The notes below the pieces were generated by a model. That model was not told where the DNA came from. It did not search any database and worked only from the letters and a program-made list of their open reading frames with translations. Source: Botryllus schlosseri (taxonomy: Eukaryota). Taken from it: a DNA stretch of 64,000 nt. Location of the stretch: the NCBI GenBank assembly GCA_051294905.1, contig CM119371.1, forward strand, positions 20,710,001 through 20,774,000. The letters are read 5' to 3'. The translations under genes and the position numbers were made by a program. This document shows, in pieces, positions 12,087 through 25,043 of the stretch. The first letter of the stretch is position 1. Each line of letters starts with the position of its first letter.

Positions 12087-15000
12087 TTACGTTGGCCGAT
12101 AGAAATCAGTTTGGGTCCTAATTCTAAGCGGATAACGTCTGCCCGACGATCGAGCAGGACTAGCTGCAGGACGTTGTGCCCTATGTCTGACCAATGGTTG
12201 CTCAGCTTGCGACTGTTGCGGCTGGGCAACTTCCTGTGTGACTGTATCCTGACCAGTTGAAATCAAGCGTGGTTGCAGTTGGTTTTTGTGCCTCCTCCAA
12301 TACCCATGATCTGTTTTTATAATGTACACAACACGCCCAAGTATTTCCGTCACCACGCCAGCAACCCACTTTGGTCCGCGTCGGTAACTGCGAGCGTAAA
12401 CCGAGGAACCAATCTCGAAATGAGTGACTGATTGTCTAGGCGTAACGGGCTTCGATTTGTCGAAGGGCGAGCACAAACTTAACAAATTGCGCGGCTGCCG
12501 ACCATGTAAAATCTCGGCTGGCGTTTTCCAGTCTATGCCCGGGTGCGGTGCACATCGGTATGTAGCGAGAAGTGTTTGGAGCGCGAAGTTGAGATCTTTT
12601 CCCCCGTCGCAATTTTTTATTAATCCAGCTTTCAAAGTCTGGACAAAACGCTCCGCTTCCCCGTTTGATGCAGGGTGAAAAGACGGTGATACGATATGGC
12701 TGATTGCCAAATTAGAACAAAACGTATCGAATTCATTCGATGTGAATTGCGGCCCGCCATCCGTGACAATTGTTACGGGCAAGCCTTCAATAGAAAAGAC
12801 TTACCGCAAAGCGTTGACTACACACAAGGTTGTGGTAGATCCGACATTCATTACTTTAACGAAAGGATATTTCGAATGCGCATCGACGATGACTAGAAAC
12901 ATTTTGTTGTTTATTGGACCTGCGAAATCCAAGTGAATTCGATCAAAGCTTTCGGAAGTTTTGGGCCATTCGCGATACTGACGATCAGGCGCTTTCATTA
13001 CCTTACGGCAAGCGTCGCAACTCTTAACGAGATTTTCAATGTCGCGATTAATGGAAGGCCATGCGATGTAACGTCGAGCCATCTGCTTCATTTTCGCGAT
13101 ACCCCAATGCCCTTCGTGCAACAATGATAAGACTCGCGAGCGAAGTGACTGCGGAATTACTACGCGCTGAAAACCATCAATATTGAGCATGACTATGTCT
13201 TCGTGCAGAGAAAGCGAATGTTTATGAGTCGAAAACCAAGAAAAATCATCAATGTGCGTCTTTGGATTCCAATTACCATGAGTGACCGATAATTTTACTA
13301 GTTTCATGGTTTTGTCCTTCAGCGTCGCGTCGCGAATTGCATTGCGAGTTAACGGTAAGCCATCGAATGCCATATTAATAGCGTGAACGATCTCCGCGTT
13401 TTCACGAATTTCCAGTTCGTCAAACTCAGGGTCTGGACTCTTTGGTAGGCGAGATAAACTGTCGGCGTTTCCGTGCTGATTAGTCGGTTTATAGCGAATA
13501 TCGTATTGGTAAGCCATGAGCGTTAGTGCCCATCGCTGTAAGCGTTGCGCTGTAATCACGGGAATTTTTTTGTCTGGCGAGAAAATAGCTAAAAGCGGTT
13601 TGTGGTCCGTTACGAGCATAAACTTTCTACCATACAAGAATTGACGAAATTTAGTGACTCCGTAAATGATTGACAGAGCTTCCTTCTCGATTTGAGAGTA
13701 GGATTTTTGCGAATCTGAAAGTGTTTTTGATGCGTGCGCGATTGGTCTCTCTTCGCCATTGTGCTCGATTGAGAGTACAGCGCCGATTCCGAATTGAGAA
13801 GCATCAGTTGACAAAATGAGCTGCTTGTTTACATCATAATGAGCTAACTGCGTAGCGTTGATTACGTCGTTTTTGAGAATGCGAAAAGCTGCGTCACAGT
13901 CCGTATTCCAAATGAATTCCGCCTCTTTTTGAAGTAGACGGTACAAGGCAGCGGCTTTATTCGTAAAATTAGGAATAAACGCGCGATAATAATTGACTTT
14001 ACCCAGGAATGCCTGTAGCTGGCGAACATCCTGAGGTTTAGGCAACTGTTTGATTGCTTCAACGGATTTGTGAGACGGGCGTTTGCCGTCCTTGTCGATT
14101 ATATGACCAAGATACTCAATACTACTTTTGAAAAATTCACATTTAGCGAAGTTGACGGTGAAACCGTATTCGGTGAGGCGCTCAAAGAGTAGCGATAAGT
14201 TGCGAAAATGATCGCGTTCATCAATGCCAGTAACGATTATGTCATCGATAAAACTAGCAACACCGGGTAAGCCGGCGATCATGGCATCAATACAACGTTG
14301 AAAATTTGCGGGACTAGATGCGACTCCGAAACACATGCGTCGATAACGGAATAGACCGAATTGCGTGTTGATGACACACAAATCCTTCGCATCATCATCT
14401 AATTCTAGCTGAAAATAAGCATCGGCAAGATCAATTTTCGTGAAGATACAACCACCCTGTAACTTGTGAAGAAATTCATCTAAGGAGGGCAGGGGATGTT
14501 GATCTATCTGAATCTGTTGATTCAATGCTTTGAAGTCACCACAAATGCGTACTGATCCATTTGATTTAATGACGGCAACAATTGGTGCTGCCCAATCACT
14601 GTAATTGATTGGTTTGAGGATACCTTGATTGACTAATCCAGGGGTTCTCAACCCGCGGCCCGCGGCCCGCATGCGGCCCGCAGACGATTCTTTTGCGGCC
14701 CGCGGCATCTTTCAATATAATCACTACTGGCCCCGTATTGTTATGGAAGACCGATGTGTCACATTTGTCGAAGAACAGTTGTTGTATCAAAGCCTCCTAG
14801 AAGCTTGAAATGATAGCACGATAGTTTCATCTGGAGTTATACATATCAAACGTTGCTAGCTTGGTTTCAAGCCCAGCAATCCATATTTCGAATCAATTTT
14901 AAAATTTACGACGACGTGACAGACGCATTGTTCAAAATTGCTTGGAATATCGCTAAACCCAAGAATCTGCTGCAGAATGTATGACTTCAATAAAGCTTTA

Positions 15001-17523
15001 ACGTACTGTGCGAATATTCGTTGTTTCCGGAACTTAGCAGCAAGTCCTATCACCTGACAAATTACGAAGCTACAGTTGTCACCAGAAGAGTAACAGCGAT
15101 CTCAGTCGATCTTTTATCGCATGTTCTGTAACACGTTGCCACGTAGACTACGTTAGCCTAGCATTGGACCTATCCATCGATGCACACAGTGCACACACAT
15201 TGCATAGCTAATTATCCAGATGCTTTTTAACAGAGTGGGCATGGGCATATTTCCAGAGGAAATGCTGACGGGGAAAACGTGGGAAGGGGACCAGGACATC
15301 AATTTGACAAAGCTGACTTCTGTAACTATTGGTGTAGGACTCCAGCCATGGAAGGAAAGGAGAAGAGTTGATTGATTTGCTCAGAAATGACCCCGAACGT
15401 CTCAATTCTTCTCATATCACTGAGAGCTCAAAGTGATAATGACCTCGGCAGTAACGAAAAAGTATAACCGTAATTATATACTTGCTCGCTCACGCATTGA
15501 AACAGAGAGTTCGGTTCTCTGGTGGTGGAAGGGTTTGATAGGTGCATATACTATACCGAGATGGCAACGGATGGAATGTACGCTCCATGAAGGGATTTAC
15601 TTGCGCCACATGAAGATCGATATTCTCACAAAAACAGCAACTGCAAACTTACGAACGCTCTCCATTAATGATTTAGAATGCATAAAAATGTACTAAATGC
15701 CCGAATAAGACTGATAAATAGGCCTAAATTTAATAGTAGCCCACAAATACATGGTGATAGTGTTCTGCGGCCCGCAGCGTCTTTTAGTGTGAAAATGCGG
15801 CCCGTTATACGAGGGAAGTTGAGAACCCCTGGACTAATCTATTCAATTCGGTTTGAACAGCGATTTGCCTTGCGAAAGGCAAAGGGCGTGGCTTGTTGAA
15901 TACGGGCTTGGCATTAGGTTTCAAGTGAATAGTCACCTTTGTCTTGGTGCATCGTCCTAACACATTAGAGAAAACGGAGGGAAATTTGGACTGAAAAGAT
16001 ACCAAATTGTCGTTCGAATCAGAAATGTCAATAGTATTACATGATTGCGATTTGACCATCTGCGAGGAAATTGCATCCAAAGCAGACGTTCCCTTAGCGG
16101 TCATGGAGAAAGCATCGCTCCAATCGAGACCAAAAATGTTTTGCCCACGGTGTTCGTCGAGAACTACCAATTTTAAGCCAACTCGAACTTCAGAACCCAC
16201 CTGCACGGTTACAGTGCAAATACCTTTCACTTTCAGTGGCTTGTCGCCATACGCTACGAAAGAGCAATGGTATGCTGAGAGTTTCGGAGAGCCCAAAGTT
16301 TTGTACCCAGTCAATCCCACCATGGCGGAGGGTGCACCAGTGTCCCACTGTGTCGGCAACGGAATGTCGTTGATGCTGGAGTTGATCCAGAGCTGGTTTC
16401 CTACGCGTCGATATAGTTGATCGATGTCGAAGGAGAGGAGTGGCACTGAGCAGAAATTGACGTATGTGACCTGTTGCGTGATACTAGGTTTGGCAGACAT
16501 GCACACAGGTTTGATATGACCTTTACGACCACATTTCTGACATACTGCATGTCGATATTGACAGTCTTTTCTCTGGTGATCGATGAAACAGCGGCTGCAG
16601 GATTTCAGTCTTTCTGGGAAGTTGCCTTGGATGGATTTGGAAGGTATTTTCCCCTTATGATAACTTCCCGTCATTTTGTTGACGATAGAAGTGTCTTTAC
16701 TGCTACTCTCGCCCTGGATAACCCTATCAGTTTCCAGCGTTCTCACGTATGTTGCGGCTACTTTGAGAACGTCGTCTAGGTATGGATTGGTTTGTGTTAG
16801 ACAATGCCGTCTCACATCCGCGTGCGGCGTTTCTTTAATGATGAGATCGCGCATTAGCTCATCAACGTAGCTCTGATTACAGCCTTCTCTTGAGCATGCG
16901 AAGTTGCAATCCTTGGAGATTCCGCGTAGAGTAGCGATCCAATCAGAATATGATTGTCCCGGCTGCATTTTGCAATTGTAAAATTCGTACCTGGCTGCTT
17001 GCACATGAATGGAGTCTTTGAAGTGTGTAGACAACTTCTCAGTCAACGCGTCGAAGGTTTGCGCACTGACATCAGCCGCACCAAACAAATTACGTAGGAG
17101 CGAGTACGTTTCAGGTCCAACCCATGAGAGTAGACACGCTCTTTTTTTCTCCATATTGGAAATGCCGTAAATTGCAAGGTGGTGGTTGAATCGTTGCAGA
17201 TATTGGTCCCATTTCTCCTTTGATTTTACAAACGAATCAAACTTGGGAGCGGTAGCTTCAGATGTTGGAGCACCGGGACTCAACCTCTGCGCCAGTTGCG
17301 ATATGGCTTCCTCATGCTGCAGCTTTTGCTGTGCCATATCTTCTTTGTGCTGTGCGCGTTGTTGGTCCAAATCTTCTCTGTGCCGGGCATTTTGCTGCTC
17401 CAGCTGTGCCTGTTGTTGCTTCAGCTCTTCTTTACGCTGTGCTTTTTGATTTGCCATTGTTTCATGAAGGCTTGCCATCATTGCCTGCTGCTTTTCGAGC
17501 AGCTTCAGTATACCTGAATCCAT
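12087..17523 (-). pseudogene. Gypsy gag-pol polyprotein, disrupted by MITE insertion and one in-frame stop
   Basis: Zn knuckles CSRC…H…C and CQKCGRKGHIKPVC; protease WDTGA; RT SFIDDII; RNase H TDASQFGIGA; integrase HxxH…CDAC, LDFAGP, VTDGGPQF, NGEAERFV; TAA at 12801-12803 in frame with ORF 12087-12782. Confidence 0.93.
14639..15831. mobile_element. Non-autonomous hAT (Charlie/Buster-type) element inserted at the start of the RT region
   Basis: Perfect 14-bp TIRs CAGGGGTTCTCAAC / GTTGAGAACCCCTG; perfect TSD GACTAATC (14631-14638, 15832-15839); GCGGCCCGC subterminal motifs. Confidence 0.95.
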
Positions 17524-17552
17524 GCTTATCTTCGTCGCAGAAATAACTATGA

Positions 17553-17570
17553 ATCCGACTTCTGACACCA
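17553..17570 (-). promoter_or_regulatory. Primer binding site, tRNA-Leu type
   Basis: Minus strand TGGTGTCAGAAGTCGGAT, 2 nt after the 5' LTR; resembles the complement of the tRNA-Leu(CAA) 3' end. Confidence 0.85.
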
Positions 17571-17572
17571 AT

Positions 17573-17828
17573 TGTTATGATCTTGATCTTGTTTGAACAA
17601 TAACTCAATACGACGAGGTTGCAATATGAAATCAGTATATTGTACAGCAGAATAACCTTAAGGCAGCGACACGATCCAGAGTGCAGTTAAATGAAAAGAC
17701 CACGAGACAACAGAACACAGGGTATAAATACGAAGCACGACACACGAGGAAATAATGATTGGTGGTAATTACTAATCCTAGACAAATCAGAGACCAACGA
17801 TACCAACGTAAAATGCACGAACATAACT
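17573..17828 (-). repeat. 5' LTR
   Basis: Direct repeat of 11798-12053; terminal base 17828 is T rather than A. Confidence 0.95.
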
Positions 17829-18142
17829 ACATCAACATCGCCTATCGATACATGCCACCTCATTTCTATCGCTTGTCTTTTTATCTCATTATCTATTAGT
17901 CTATTCTTAATTCAGTGTGCAGGGTCCTTATTCTCATCGTCTCTAGTCCCATATGCGTGTCTGATTTCAACGACTACTCCAAATCGTTTCGACACCACCA
18001 TATCTTTTCATTGTATCGCAATCCTGCAGTGCTCTGATCTGATGAAGTTATTAATAAACGGAAACTGTCTGAAACGGATTCCCAATTTTTGGCAATATCC
18101 GTTTCAATTTACCTACAGCTGCGATGCAATAATATTCGGCTA

Positions 18143-18265
18143 GGGAATCGAGTGGTGCAGTTGGTTACGCACTGCAGTCACGACACCAATGAAAGTGGGT
18201 TCGAATCGAGACTCTGAACAACTTCTACGTGCCGGAGGTTTCTCTGGAATCCTTATCGCCAAACT
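18143..18265 (+). mobile_element. Possible tRNA-derived SINE head
   Basis: A-box-like TGGTGCAGTTGG (18153-18164) and B-box GGTTCGAATC (18198-18207) at tRNA-like spacing; no full cloverleaf. Confidence 0.45.
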
Positions 18266-19177
18266 CACTACTACGGTAGTGCATTGAAGAGCCCAACAAT
18301 GAAGGTGAGCCGTGCTAGAAGTCGGCAGCTGAGTCCACGATGGACGCGCATGCTAGAGAGAGACTGAAGATTGACTGGAGGAAGAGAATGAAAACAATAC
18401 CCATGACTACGAAAAAAGTAAAGATTTGAAGAACATGATCCACACTTGAAAAAAGCGATACGCGCCACTGTGTACCAATAATAATATTATTATAATATAT
18501 TCGGCTGCATAAATGGCACTCGAATTTCATACGTTTATTGAGCGAGGATTTGGTGGCTTGTGCGGGAATCAAAGGCAATTTGTTTGAACTTTTGGTCAGG
18601 AGTGACTATCGACAAGTCAGGTCACTATTCCCTTCATCAACGATTTTCAATATCCACGTTGACAATCATCGATGCACTGGGCGAGTCTAACATAGCTGTG
18701 CAAATAATTTCTGCTGCGTTGCGCTATATGTTTCCACAACGGAAAGAGGGTCTTGCTACCGAGTGTTTACACGTCACGATCAGACATCGCGTTAGCTGTG
18801 AAACACTATATAGCCGATTCAGTTTTATGAACAGTGACCTTTAAACGTTACCACTGCCATCGTCGATATAAATGGCGCGAGACCGATCGTATCTTCGTGC
18901 AGGAGGTACAAGTTCGGTGGCAGAAATTTTAGCATGCGACACATTGAAAACGGCGGTTTTTAACATTTGCTATCACGCGAAACACCTTCGCTAATTTGCA
19001 AGCCCTGGCGGAACACCGCATTTTCACGGAGTCATAAAAACAAAATGTATCACAATATACCAGACGTTTACATCACTAAAGAACACGGGTGCACAAAATG
19101 AGCTGGACATTAACAGATCGTTAACAGAGAGAAAGAAAAACGTACAATTTTCAAACATAACGAAAACATGATGAATA

Positions 19178-19672
19178 TTTTTTTAATTTCAGTGTGACTT
19201 TTGATGTTCATATTCACATGCCAGTTCAGAAATACGAGGCTTCTTCTTGGAAAGTGATGTTGTACATCGGATGTTTAGGCCTTTGCCCGCGGCATGTATT
19301 ATCCCTTGGGATAGACATGGCGTTGGCTAGGGTCTCTTACATTGTGACTGTAGTCTTTTTACGCGCTCCTTTTCAGTTTGTTGCCACCCGGGGAAGTCCA
19401 CAAAGATCTTTCTGGACCTTCCCAAATATTTTTTCTATTTTCCCCTCTTCCTGAGGTTTTCTCCTTGTTCTGAGCCTCTGCGTTATTGAGTTCATTATCC
19501 AATCTTTCCCTGTTGCCTTCCTTTCGTTCTTTACTCTGTTTCTGGCTCTCCAGACGGCTTGTTTGTATGTGGTGAGGAGCACCACAAGTGATGCCTCCTG
19601 TTCTTCCGTTAGGGCCTCAGCCGGGTCCATATTTATGGCTGTGCGGATGTTGCTCTTCTCTAAGTCAAGCAT
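19178..19672 (-). mobile_element. 5'-truncated non-LTR retrotransposon 3' end (L1/Tx1-like ORF2 C-terminus)
   Basis: ORF 19373-19672 with LLTTYKQAVWRARNRVKNE resembling the K-x-A-I-W-x-x-R-N motif of L1/Tx1 ORF2 ends; short A-rich tail on minus strand near 19180. Confidence 0.5.
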
Positions 19673-20044
19673 GAATTCTTAACTTGCAATGTATGCTACA
19701 AGTGGCAATAAGTTATGCTTTTGAAAATTGCCAGCAAATTGGGTCGAAGATAAATGGGAACGGATAGTTTTCATATCGATATAACTGTCTAGGTTTGTTA
19801 CACTTATATCCACGGGACCACGGCTATCAATAATTGCAAAACGCCAGAACCGACTATTCATTGAACACCGCTGTATGCTGTATGATTCTATATTTTGATG
19901 TTCAGTGTAGGCCTACTTCAAGATACAATACCTCTTGCGAAATATTTTGTCGATAATACCCTTTTCTATAGTATGATGGTACTGTTAAATGAGATTTCGA
20001 AATACAAAAGGAGAAGCATGAAACAAAAAATCTACATTCTACAT

Positions 20045-20971
20045 CAGTGGTCGGGAACCTTTTCTGTCCGAACAATCATATTAGATCTATTTTTTCCATT
20101 TTAACTCCCAAAGAGCCATACATTCAAATCATCTGTTACGTCACAATTGAAAATTCGTGACGTCACCGTAGCACTAATTCGAACTCACTATACATGGGAT
20201 TCGTCGAGTGTGCCACATTTTCTCAGAATAAACTGGTATTTTTATTGTTCGAAAATAAAGCTCGCAACAAAAGATAAGGCACAGGCGGGCCAAGCCTCAC
20301 TATTGATAACGCATTCCGTCGTGAATAGCTCATAATTTACCATAACAGATATTAATCGAATGTAACTGTCACACTGATTCCGAACATCTAAATACTGATC
20401 GAATTCTCAACTCTCAAAGTATTAGGCGGTGACGTATTAGGCGGTGACATAACATTGCTCTGCCCGCATACATTTTATCGCCAGTAAGAGCTACTTACTA
20501 ATCAAGAACTTGGATAGCTATCGCGTTGTTTGTAATTCGAGTTTGTAATATTGAATTTCACGTCCACCGCAGTTCTTTTCGTTCCGTAGATCAGGAAGAC
20601 AATGTGTATTTCAAAACTTCGTTGTGATATGGGCGCTGTCATGTCTGGTATGCTCTTTGATTAATCAACGTATCGCACAATCCAAGATTTCGAGTCGGGT
20701 AAATAGAATTCGCGATTGATATTGTCGTTGAGGATTTTCGAAAGAGGAGGGTCCGAGCCCCTAAATCCGAAGACCTCATAGTCTTTACCTCAAGCACGTG
20801 TTTAATTGTTTATACTGCCACGTGAATAATTATTCTGCCCTTGATAAAAATTTACTAACAAATCGCTGCAATATTGATCAATTCAGTACAAAAATAAATA
20901 TTTGGCAAAGAGCCATATCTTATACCCTAAAGAGACATAATGGCTGGCGAGCCATACGTTTCCGACCACTG
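20045..20971. mobile_element. Non-autonomous hAT (Charlie/Buster-type) element
   Basis: TIRs CAGTGGTCGGGAAC / GTTTCCGACCACTG; perfect TSD TTCTACAT; empty homologous site at ~9143-9150. Confidence 0.92.
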
Positions 20972-21584
20972 TTCTACATTAATTATAGCAACCACTCAAT
21001 CTTTGAAATACATCGTCGGCATATTTTGCGAAATCACAAAAATGTGGATATTTGACGAGCGTCCTACAAGGTGTTTATCAACGTGGGCGATTTGGCGGTC
21101 TGGGGGGACGAAAAAAAGAAGGGCGCGATAGGGGCGATAGCGCGTTGAAGCGGCTAAATTGGAGTCAGGTCGGAGGAATCACCTTTTTCCTCGTCAAGTC
21201 ACGAAAATTCAGCTGCAAAAGTGTAATTTCGAGGTCGAGCCGAAAAGTTGATCTTTTTTTTGTCAACTCGCCGGTGATGACAGTCTGTATGTCCATTTTT
21301 CGGTTCTCAATATTTGGGGGTGATTATAGGTGTGGAGCTGGAAAAGCGGACGATGAGTCGAAAAAGGTTGGGAACCACTGGGATATAGTCTGAACTCGGT
21401 TCATGTCTACCACCCCTTACCCCCGAAAGCACAAAAAGCTGGAACACTTGAATTGAACCAAGCTCACGGCATGCATATATATAGCCTCATTTATATGAGA
21501 GTGAAAGGCACACTCAACCGTGGAAAACGCACATATGTCAACTATAGCAGGGCTCTTCAATCGGATGTATCGTACACTCTATGG

Positions 21585-22846
21585 CAGAGGTCTCAAACTC
21601 AAACGTGCTCGCGGTCCAATTTCCTACTTTTTGATGGCGTCGCGGGCCGCAGAACCAATAATAGGGAAATTCAATGTGTTTCCAAGTAGGCACTATTTGA
21701 CGGGACCTTGCAGACTGACATTCCACACGCATCGTAACAATGTGATTTACTTTTGTGAATTCACCCCTGGCACGAATAAATAAAATTTTTAGATATTTGA
21801 ATTTTTGTCAAAAAAAATAGTTGTAGAGACCATGCGAGAGTACAAACTACAAATGCATCAGGACAGCGTAAAATTTGTCGCGTTATAATTTTACAGCTAT
21901 AGCGGACATTTGACGTGGCGCAATTATAGGTAGAATTTTAGAATTTTACAAAGATTGATCTGATATCAGAGCGTTGGAGCAGTACAGCCTACTCCTGGTC
22001 TCGGGTATACCCCGGATAATTAGGCTATTGATCATGTCATTATTGAAGTCAAATTAAATCAGCTTTAGATTTACCTTCGAATATTTGAACATATCAATAA
22101 CAACTTGAATATAAAATTACTGTGCCATGGCAATGTCGAATCGCCGAAGAATCCATTGGTGTCACTGCTCTAAAGCGTAGGCTCCGACCACTTTATACTC
22201 GTCACATTTAATTGGCGATTATAACATGGATAAAGATACCCAAGATGACGCAGGATGTAACCAACTATACATCAGAGCAACATAATGCCAATGTTTGCCA
22301 TACCGACCTGCTTATAGATATCTAAATAATCTACGAAACGCAAGCTACGACATTTTGATATTTCACTATATTTTCCATACCAATTTGATAGTTTGTGGCG
22401 TCTGTGGTTGTACCAAGTCACGGCGTTCCGCGTTACAGACCTCCTTCTCTGACTCTATCTTTCGAAGCAACTCAACTCGAGCCAATTATATTTTATCACC
22501 CAATGAGTCCGAGTTCGAGTAATTCTACAAAAGGTCGTGCCCAAGTCCAAATCACAATTTTCAGTACGAATCATCAACGGGTCATGTTTACCATCATAAA
22601 CAAGTAATGTCACGTAAAATAAGTAATCTTTCACTGAGTCTTAACTTTTGAAGGTGAAGTAATAGTGAAGTTTGATGAGTAGTTTCTGGCTTCTGGAGTA
22701 GTTTAATAGCGAATATTAAGTCCTTAAATTAAAAAATGGTAGTTAAATATTGTCGAATACTTCGAAATCCAAAAGGCCGTCGCGGGCCGCACAAAATGAT
22801 CTCGCGGGCCGCATGCGGCCTGCGCGCCGCGTGTTTGAGACCTCTG
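21585..22846. mobile_element. Non-autonomous hAT (Charlie/Buster-type) element
   Basis: Perfect 14-bp TIRs CAGAGGTCTCAAAC / GTTTGAGACCTCTG; perfect TSD CTCTATGG. Confidence 0.93.
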
Positions 22847-23175
22847 CTCTATGGTGTACCATAATTTTTAAAGTGTGTACCACTCAGATGGCATGTACTG
22901 CGGTGTGCCAGATCCACATCCCTGTGAACACGTGACTAGCTATCACAATAAAGAGGCCAGTTTATGCTTCAGAACAGGATTACCGAATGTTGCAATATCA
23001 TACTCAATGTTCATTACAGGTGTATGCAGCTTGTAAATTTTATTCCTTTTGTGATGTCAAAAGCAATTATTTTTCCTCGTCATTTAACTGTGGGCAATGG
23101 ACTTTTTGATTGCTTTTGGAGTAGAATAGAGTGAAGTTAACATGTGTTCAGCTTCCAATATTTGTCTGTCTATAA

Positions 23176-23895
23176 CAGTGGTTCTCAACCGGGGGTCCGC
23201 GCAGGGCAGTTTCGCTTATTTAATAGTAAAACTCCAGAGCTCACATCAATAGAATGGCCATCTGAGATGAAATATCGTACTGTGCAGACTCATTCTAATT
23301 GCTAAATTGTCACTAGCCTGCTGATACAGACATTTTGCTGTTTGGAGATGCTTCGTTGTGGATTGTGGGAGAGAAGTTTGATGAGTAAGGTTCACGGTGA
23401 CTTCGAAATGTTTACAAAAATCCATTTTCTCCTTTGTTATACTCAGCCATTTTTGCCATAATAACTTCATAATAAGCTGCAAGATAGAAATGACCAGGCT
23501 TGACGCTATATGTCCTTTAACATTTCTGTCAAGTTTGGTGCTATATTTGTTGCGATCATACCCGAATGTGCCGTCGGAAGCGTCACGCGTTATTATAACA
23601 TTCGCCACCACCTATATTTGTGGAAGTGGATTTTCGGCACTCGATTATATCAAATCGAAAGCGCGGATTTCACATTGTGTAACGGAAGTCAACCAAATTT
23701 TTACAGGAAATAGTATGACAATATTTTCAAGAGAGGTCATTTTGCTGTTGTTTATCACTAAGCCTACAGTTGCTGAAGACTGATGACGACTGCACGATAA
23801 TTGAGCTAAATTTGAACTAAAACTTCGTGGGGTTACGCGGGGGTCCGTGATGGTCCGAAAGGGTTCCGCGAAGACAACATGGTTGATAACCACTC
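23176..23895 (+). mobile_element. Internally deleted hAT Buster/Charlie element with transposase C-terminal remnant
   Basis: TIRs CAGTGGTTCTCAACC / GGTTGATAACCACTC; ORF 23397-23783 contains YPNVPSEASRVIITFATTYICGSGFSALDYIKSKAR, like the Buster/ZBED5 F-A-T-T-Y-L-C-E-x-G-F-S motif; no clear TSD. Confidence 0.8.
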
Positions 23896-25043
23896 AACCA
23901 GACATTGAGTAATCGTGATTATTGGTAATCGTAATCGATTACGAAGATTACAGCATTTTCAAGTAATCGTAATCTCAATCGATTACATTCGATAAATCGA
24001 TTTCTTTGTGAAAGAACGATTACTTTTTTACTTGTAAAAGAACTATGTCAACTCACTATTCGTGAAGATGGAAGAGTGCCATATTATATCAGGGTATAGA
24101 TCGCAGAAATGTAGGATTCGCAAACTCCACTACTAAATTTTACCTCACGAGTATTACCTTCGCTCGTCATTGCGTAACGAATTATCCTCAAGTAGTATAA
24201 AGTTTCCTTCCGGTCCGACACAGATATTGGAATTTTATAACTCAATTCCAAAATGCGTGACGACGGAAGCTTGTCCGTTACTCAGGGAAATAAAACATCT
24301 AATGGTAACTTTATTGTGAATTTATATGTGAAAGCCGCGGAAGAATTTCAAACAAACGTCGTTAAATTCCGACAGTGCAAATAAGCGATACTAGCAGTAT
24401 AATAAGGCCTGGAAAACAGCATCCAATGTTTCAAAGGATACCGAAAAATCACGATCAATTTAGTGGTGTTTACCATGACTTCGCAAGCCTCGCCGTAGGT
24501 AAATCTCAACAGAATAACTCACAAATATTTGAAGGTTTACCGGCCCGAGACATTTTTGTTTTGAAGACATTCTTGTTTTGAAGTTTTGCCGCTCCGCGAG
24601 GCCACAAAAGGTTTAGAACAACTGTGAATGTATACCAAATTAGGATGGGTTGTAGCCAAAATCAGGATGATACAGGACTTCGTCAACCCTTCCCCCAAGT
24701 GTTGGTCTTGTACCCCCATATGATGAGCAACCCCTATTTGTTGTTGTTTCTGAACCCCAATAGGGTGATTATTCAAACTTCTGATCCATGACTGAATTTC
24801 GTCAATAACATTGGTAAATTATTAATATTAATATAGATGGCCAAATGGAGTGGTGCATATCACCATGGAAGGTCTGGTGCACCAGGTGCAAATTTAATCG
24901 TAACGAATTGTCAATTCAGGACAAATTCATATGAAAGGGTTGAATAAATCAAAGCAAGACGTGACAAGAGTCAACGAATTCGATGACAGCAGCAGGAAGT
25001 TGCGGGTAATTATAATATTATAAATAGTTGACGAGATATTTAG

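Larger units (their letters stand above)
11798..17828 (-). mobile_element. Full-length Ty3/Gypsy LTR retrotransposon (K02A2.6/Mag-like)
   Basis: Two 256-bp LTRs, 5-bp TSD ACATC (11793-11797, 17829-17833), PBS, PPT, gag-PR-RT-RH-IN domain order. Confidence 0.96.

Noticed and set aside
14639..14708. Apparent N-terminus of ORF 12801-14708 and C-terminus of ORF 15805-17571
   Set aside because: These peptide ends derive from the inserted MITE termini and are not separate genes.
18039..18075. CTGATGA…GAAAC-T-GTC hammerhead-like string
   Set aside because: No stem I complementarity, and the core is not conserved in related copies at ~41330 and ~50030.
18143..18215. Functional tRNA gene
   Set aside because: A and B boxes are present, but no acceptor-stem or cloverleaf pairing was found; treated as a possible SINE head.
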